64,000 nucleotides of DNA from Eledone cirrhosa (taxonomy: Eukaryota): NCBI GenBank assembly GCA_964016885.1, contig OZ024743.1:35216001-35280000 (forward strand), written 5' to 3'. Below are positions 63,401 to 64,000 of this stretch, in pieces. The first letter of the stretch is position 1. Each line of letters opens with the position of its first letter. Under the pieces are notes generated by a model that saw only the letters and a list, made by a program, of their open reading frames with translations, was not told the origin of the DNA and ran no database searches. A program made the position numbers and the translations under genes.

Positions 63401-63534
63401 ATGTAAGTCCTAATGTATTTTGTGGTTTTTATTTACATAGCATGATGATAAATGAAGAGTCTGGTCTGTTGTGTCTGGTTCTCGGAAAATCTGTTAACAT
63501 AATAGAATCTTATAAAATGGCACAAAATATTGTG
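28455..63534 (+). CDS. Multi-exon M16 (insulinase/pitrilysin-type) zinc metallopeptidase, C05D11.1/YOL098C-like; 20 exons, 3'-incomplete
   Basis: Exons were joined by hand with GT-AG sites and consistent phases, giving 2676 nt (892 aa) with no stop. Motifs: inverted zinc motif HTLEH (exon 2), NAWT (exon 3), GVVYSEMQ (exon 4), YHKEFYRPEN (exon 5) and C-terminal WKQIRGLGLSY (exon 19). The family name comes from motif recall, not a search. Confidence 0.92.
31590..31765 (-). mobile_element. Hero/NeSL-like RLE LINE C-terminal remnant
   Basis: Encodes CEGQGWQCTLLSVNVGCRGFV...GSLWMW. Confidence 0.55.
32897..33431 (-). mobile_element. CR1 3' fragment (intron 1, antisense)
   Basis: Encodes SPVWNPYLAQNIDRLETVQRRATK to the end, plus the 3'UTR. 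Confidence 0.88.
33480..33800 (-). mobile_element. Older CRE-like RLE fragment
   Basis: Encodes GSIAQQAKYRKLTKFLSDRFIIELIVVETS. Confidence 0.55.
33875..34203 (+). mobile_element. RTE 3' fragment
   Basis: ERRLR*YGHLMRMEDDR and ...KTWAEVV; ends with CCCTTGCAAGCAGGGAAAAGCGGACGTAAAA(TGA)n. Confidence 0.82.
34797..35185 (-). mobile_element. Two head-to-tail SINE-A copies
   Basis: Copies at 34797-34982 and 34992-35185. Confidence 0.88.
35575..35992 (-). mobile_element. CRE-like RLE fragment, same family as 26545-27608
   Basis: Encodes RALARANIPSILEP...GKRLDG...WDVTVSD...ERNKILKY. Confidence 0.75.
36190..36800 (+). mobile_element. Second RTE-clade (Expander-like) LINE 3' remnant
   Basis: Encodes EFKYLG and VAEMGFLRRVFGVTLLDK...IEPLLLRIERSQLWYYEHVVRM. 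Confidence 0.75.
37901..38120. mobile_element. piggyBac-type MITE
   Basis: TTAA|CCCTTTAGCA...TGCTAAAGGG|TTAA. Confidence 0.85.
38183..38265 (+). CDS. M16 peptidase exon 2 (ATEAHDDDGLPHTLEHLVFLGSEEYPYK)
   Basis: ctctag| acceptor; HxxEH motif; AAG|gtaaa donor. Confidence 0.95.
38555..39265 (+). mobile_element. RTE 3' fragment (intron 2)
   Basis: Encodes RRLRWYGHVMRMKD; followed by the 3'UTR and (GAT)n tail. Confidence 0.8.
40369..40527 (+). CDS. M16 peptidase exon 3 (GVLDMLANRCLASGTNAWT...HILYPTLP)
   Basis: ttgcag| acceptor; |gtacgt donor; 159 nt. Confidence 0.93.
40872..41213 (+). mobile_element. tRNA-derived SINE family B (CORE-like middle, RTE-derived tail)
   Basis: TGGCTTAGTGG A-box, GAGTTCAATTC B-box and CCTTGAGCAAGACACTT block; the 3' part is shared with the RTE 3'UTR and ends in (GAT)n. 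Confidence 0.82.
41343..41552 (+). CDS. M16 peptidase exon 4 (KSGYITEVHHING...GVVYSEMQ...TSYEK)
   Basis: ttacag| acceptor; |gtcagt donor; 210 nt. Confidence 0.92.
41717..43099 (+). mobile_element. Non-autonomous Helitron with Pif1-helicase remnant
   Basis: A|TCTATATATA 5' end and CTAG|T 3' end; 42460-42700 encodes RIPLIPSDSELPFTFKRLQFPVR...AMSINKSQGQT...YVAVSR. The termini are less certain than the helicase call. Confidence 0.7.
42097..42452 (+). mobile_element. RTE 3'UTR fragment nested in a Helitron
   Basis: Near-identical to the reverse complement of 8500-8820; (GAT)n tail. Confidence 0.8.
43952..44074 (+). CDS. M16 peptidase exon 5 (VCEYHKEFYRPENLCLIITGQ...IVKK)
   Basis: attag| acceptor; |gtaaaa donor; 123 nt. 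Confidence 0.92.
44549..45387 (-). mobile_element. RTE-clade LINE fragment (intron 5)
   Basis: Encodes LLYADNL, KWPC...WVHKRC, SETWA and RRLSWYGQV; (GAT)n tail. Confidence 0.85.
45618..45758 (+). CDS. M16 peptidase exon 6 (NVKSPFSRPWQ...AWRGPEAK)
   Basis: tttcag| acceptor; |gtaagt donor; 141 nt. Confidence 0.9.
46160..46790 (+). mobile_element. Tandem SINE-A array (2 young copies plus older copies)
   Basis: Copies at about 46160, 46357 and 46552, separated by TTATTATTAGAA. Confidence 0.85.
47740..48433 (-). mobile_element. maT/DD37D Tc1-mariner transposase remnant
   Basis: Encodes HTKLPVTVMVLGVVS and FQQDFAPSHKA...WPLSSPDLNPLNY, with 37 residues between the 2nd D and the (mutated) 3rd D position; stops present. 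Confidence 0.78.
48479..48589 (+). CDS. M16 peptidase exon 7 (QQLDVMALKILLEYL...PYCSM)
   Basis: ttgccag| acceptor; |gtaagt donor; 111 nt. Confidence 0.9.
49391..49482 (+). CDS. M16 peptidase exon 8 (VTHELIENS...TEIVP)
   Basis: ttgcag| acceptor; CA|gtaag donor; phase 2. Confidence 0.88.
50197..50299 (+). CDS. M16 peptidase exon 9 (LNKTLEK...IDMNRMQTVIKRKILDLLNC)
   Basis: cttcag| acceptor; |gtaagg donor. Confidence 0.9.
50935..51779 (-). mobile_element. Two tandem 5'-end fragments of a Helitron-like element (50935-51232 and 51430-51779)
   Basis: Direct repeat of about 300 bp; the minus strand begins A|TCTATATACTATTAAAA followed by (TTGC)n. Confidence 0.55.
51922..51996 (+). CDS. M16 peptidase exon 10 (VETEPHDTMAFILIGDFLFGDSKED)
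   Basis: attcag| acceptor; |gtaagt donor; 75 nt. Confidence 0.9.
52708..52818 (+). CDS. M16 peptidase exon 11 (LELRTNP...SYWVTLLQTY...NIS)
   Basis: ttttag| acceptor; |gtaagt donor; 111 nt. Confidence 0.88.
54071..54214 (+). CDS. M16 peptidase exon 12 (IIATPSKS...LEAIETNE)
   Basis: tttcag| acceptor; |gtaaat donor; 144 nt. Confidence 0.9.
54787..54969 (+). CDS. M16 peptidase exon 13 (IKPEDDILRSLPVP...LQTSFVQ)
   Basis: ttgcag| acceptor; |gtcagt donor; 183 nt. Confidence 0.9.
56205..56307 (+). CDS. M16 peptidase exon 14 (MTAVLDT...LFESPILRNG)
   Basis: Poly-T tract then ctgcag| acceptor; G|gtaagt donor; phase 1. Confidence 0.9.
56353..56528. mobile_element. piggyBac-type MITE
   Basis: TTAA|CCCTTTAGCATTT...AAATGCCAAAGGG|TTAA. 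Confidence 0.83.
57017..57147 (+). CDS. M16 peptidase exon 15 (ELISYKTIVAELQSDTL...IITLK)
   Basis: atacag| acceptor; |gtcagt donor. Confidence 0.88.
57516..57696 (+). CDS. M16 peptidase exon 16 (VECEKYHKGVQWLKELL...LLYNT)
   Basis: ttgcag| acceptor; G|gtatgt donor; phase 1. Confidence 0.9.
58152..58960 (-). mobile_element. RTE 3' fragment inserted into a SINE-A copy; contains a ~112-bp internal tandem duplication
   Basis: SINE halves at 58047-58151 and 58962-59030 flank it; encodes GRPRKTWDELI. Confidence 0.82.
59061..59146 (+). CDS. M16 peptidase exon 17 (DSNISASSMLRQNKFL...NPDA)
   Basis: atgcag| acceptor; |gtaagt donor. Confidence 0.87.
60245..60408 (+). CDS. M16 peptidase exon 18 (VIEKMEKLRSSL...CTDKL)
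   Basis: Less common AAG| acceptor (tctgaag); AG|gtaac donor; phase 2 fits exon 19. Confidence 0.82.
61140..62043. mobile_element. Cluster of SINE-A fragments in intron 18 (+ at 61140-61250 and 61375-61542; - at 61945-62043)
   Basis: Family match in both orientations. Confidence 0.8.
62091..62327 (+). CDS. M16 peptidase exon 19 (PFLRRT...EGPMWKQIRGLGLSYSY)
   Basis: ctttag| acceptor; AA|gtaagt donor; carries the R...Y motif of M16 C-terminal domains. Confidence 0.92.
63441..63534 (+). CDS. M16 peptidase exon 20 (NMMINEESGLLCLVL...AQNIV), not terminal
   Basis: acatag| acceptor; |gtaaga donor; no stop, so the gene continues beyond the window. Confidence 0.87.
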
Positions 63535-64000
63535 GTAAGAATCTTTTTTCCTTTTAAAAGAAAAAAGCTACTGTTCAAAACATGGTTCTGCTGATTTGTA
63601 GCTAATTGATCAAAGTAATGTAAAGGAGTTCAAACCTAACTGTTAGTAATGTAGAAGCAAAATTGCCACTGATTGATATTGGACAACCAGCTCATAGGTC
63701 TCAAGTTTAAATCTTATGTAAGGTGTTTCATAGTATATATTTCAGCAAGCAGGCTGTTATATTGATGAAACAGTTGAAACACTTATTGAAATCCTTGAAG
63801 ATGAGGTCCATTCTATTCCACTAGCATTCTAACCATCCACTAAATGGCTGAATGGTTAAAAGACTTACTTCACAATCATGAGTTCCTGGGTTTGATCACA
63901 TGGCTTGGTATCTTGGAAAAATATCTTTACCATAATCTCAGGTTGACCCAAGCCTTGTGATTGAAATTGGGTATTTGGAAACTATGGATGCTCATTGGAT

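Overview
This is AT-rich, microsatellite- and transposon-dense eukaryotic DNA; the repeat landscape suggests an octopus/cephalopod, which is an inference and not proven. It is not prokaryotic: no CRISPR array, rRNA or true tRNA gene was seen. One host gene is well supported: a + strand M16 (insulinase-type, HxxEH) zinc metallopeptidase of the C05D11.1/yeast YOL098C-like family. I traced 20 GT-AG exons by hand from ATG 28455 to 63534 (892 codons, all phases consistent), and the gene continues past the window. The rest is a nested TE mosaic: CR1/L2-group LINEs (one with an uninterrupted 921-codon EN-RT frame inside a hAT-type MITE), RTE LINEs with a PHD-like finger inside the RT, CRE- and Hero-like RLE remnants, two tRNA-derived SINE families, piggyBac/pogo/maT remnants and Helitron pieces. 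The most notable items are a 523-bp palindrome carrying a type I hammerhead ribozyme motif (one intact copy, one mutated), recurrent 5' fold-back duplications on retro-insertions, and a possible duplicated promoter block. All coordinates were counted by hand, and TE boundaries are approximate.
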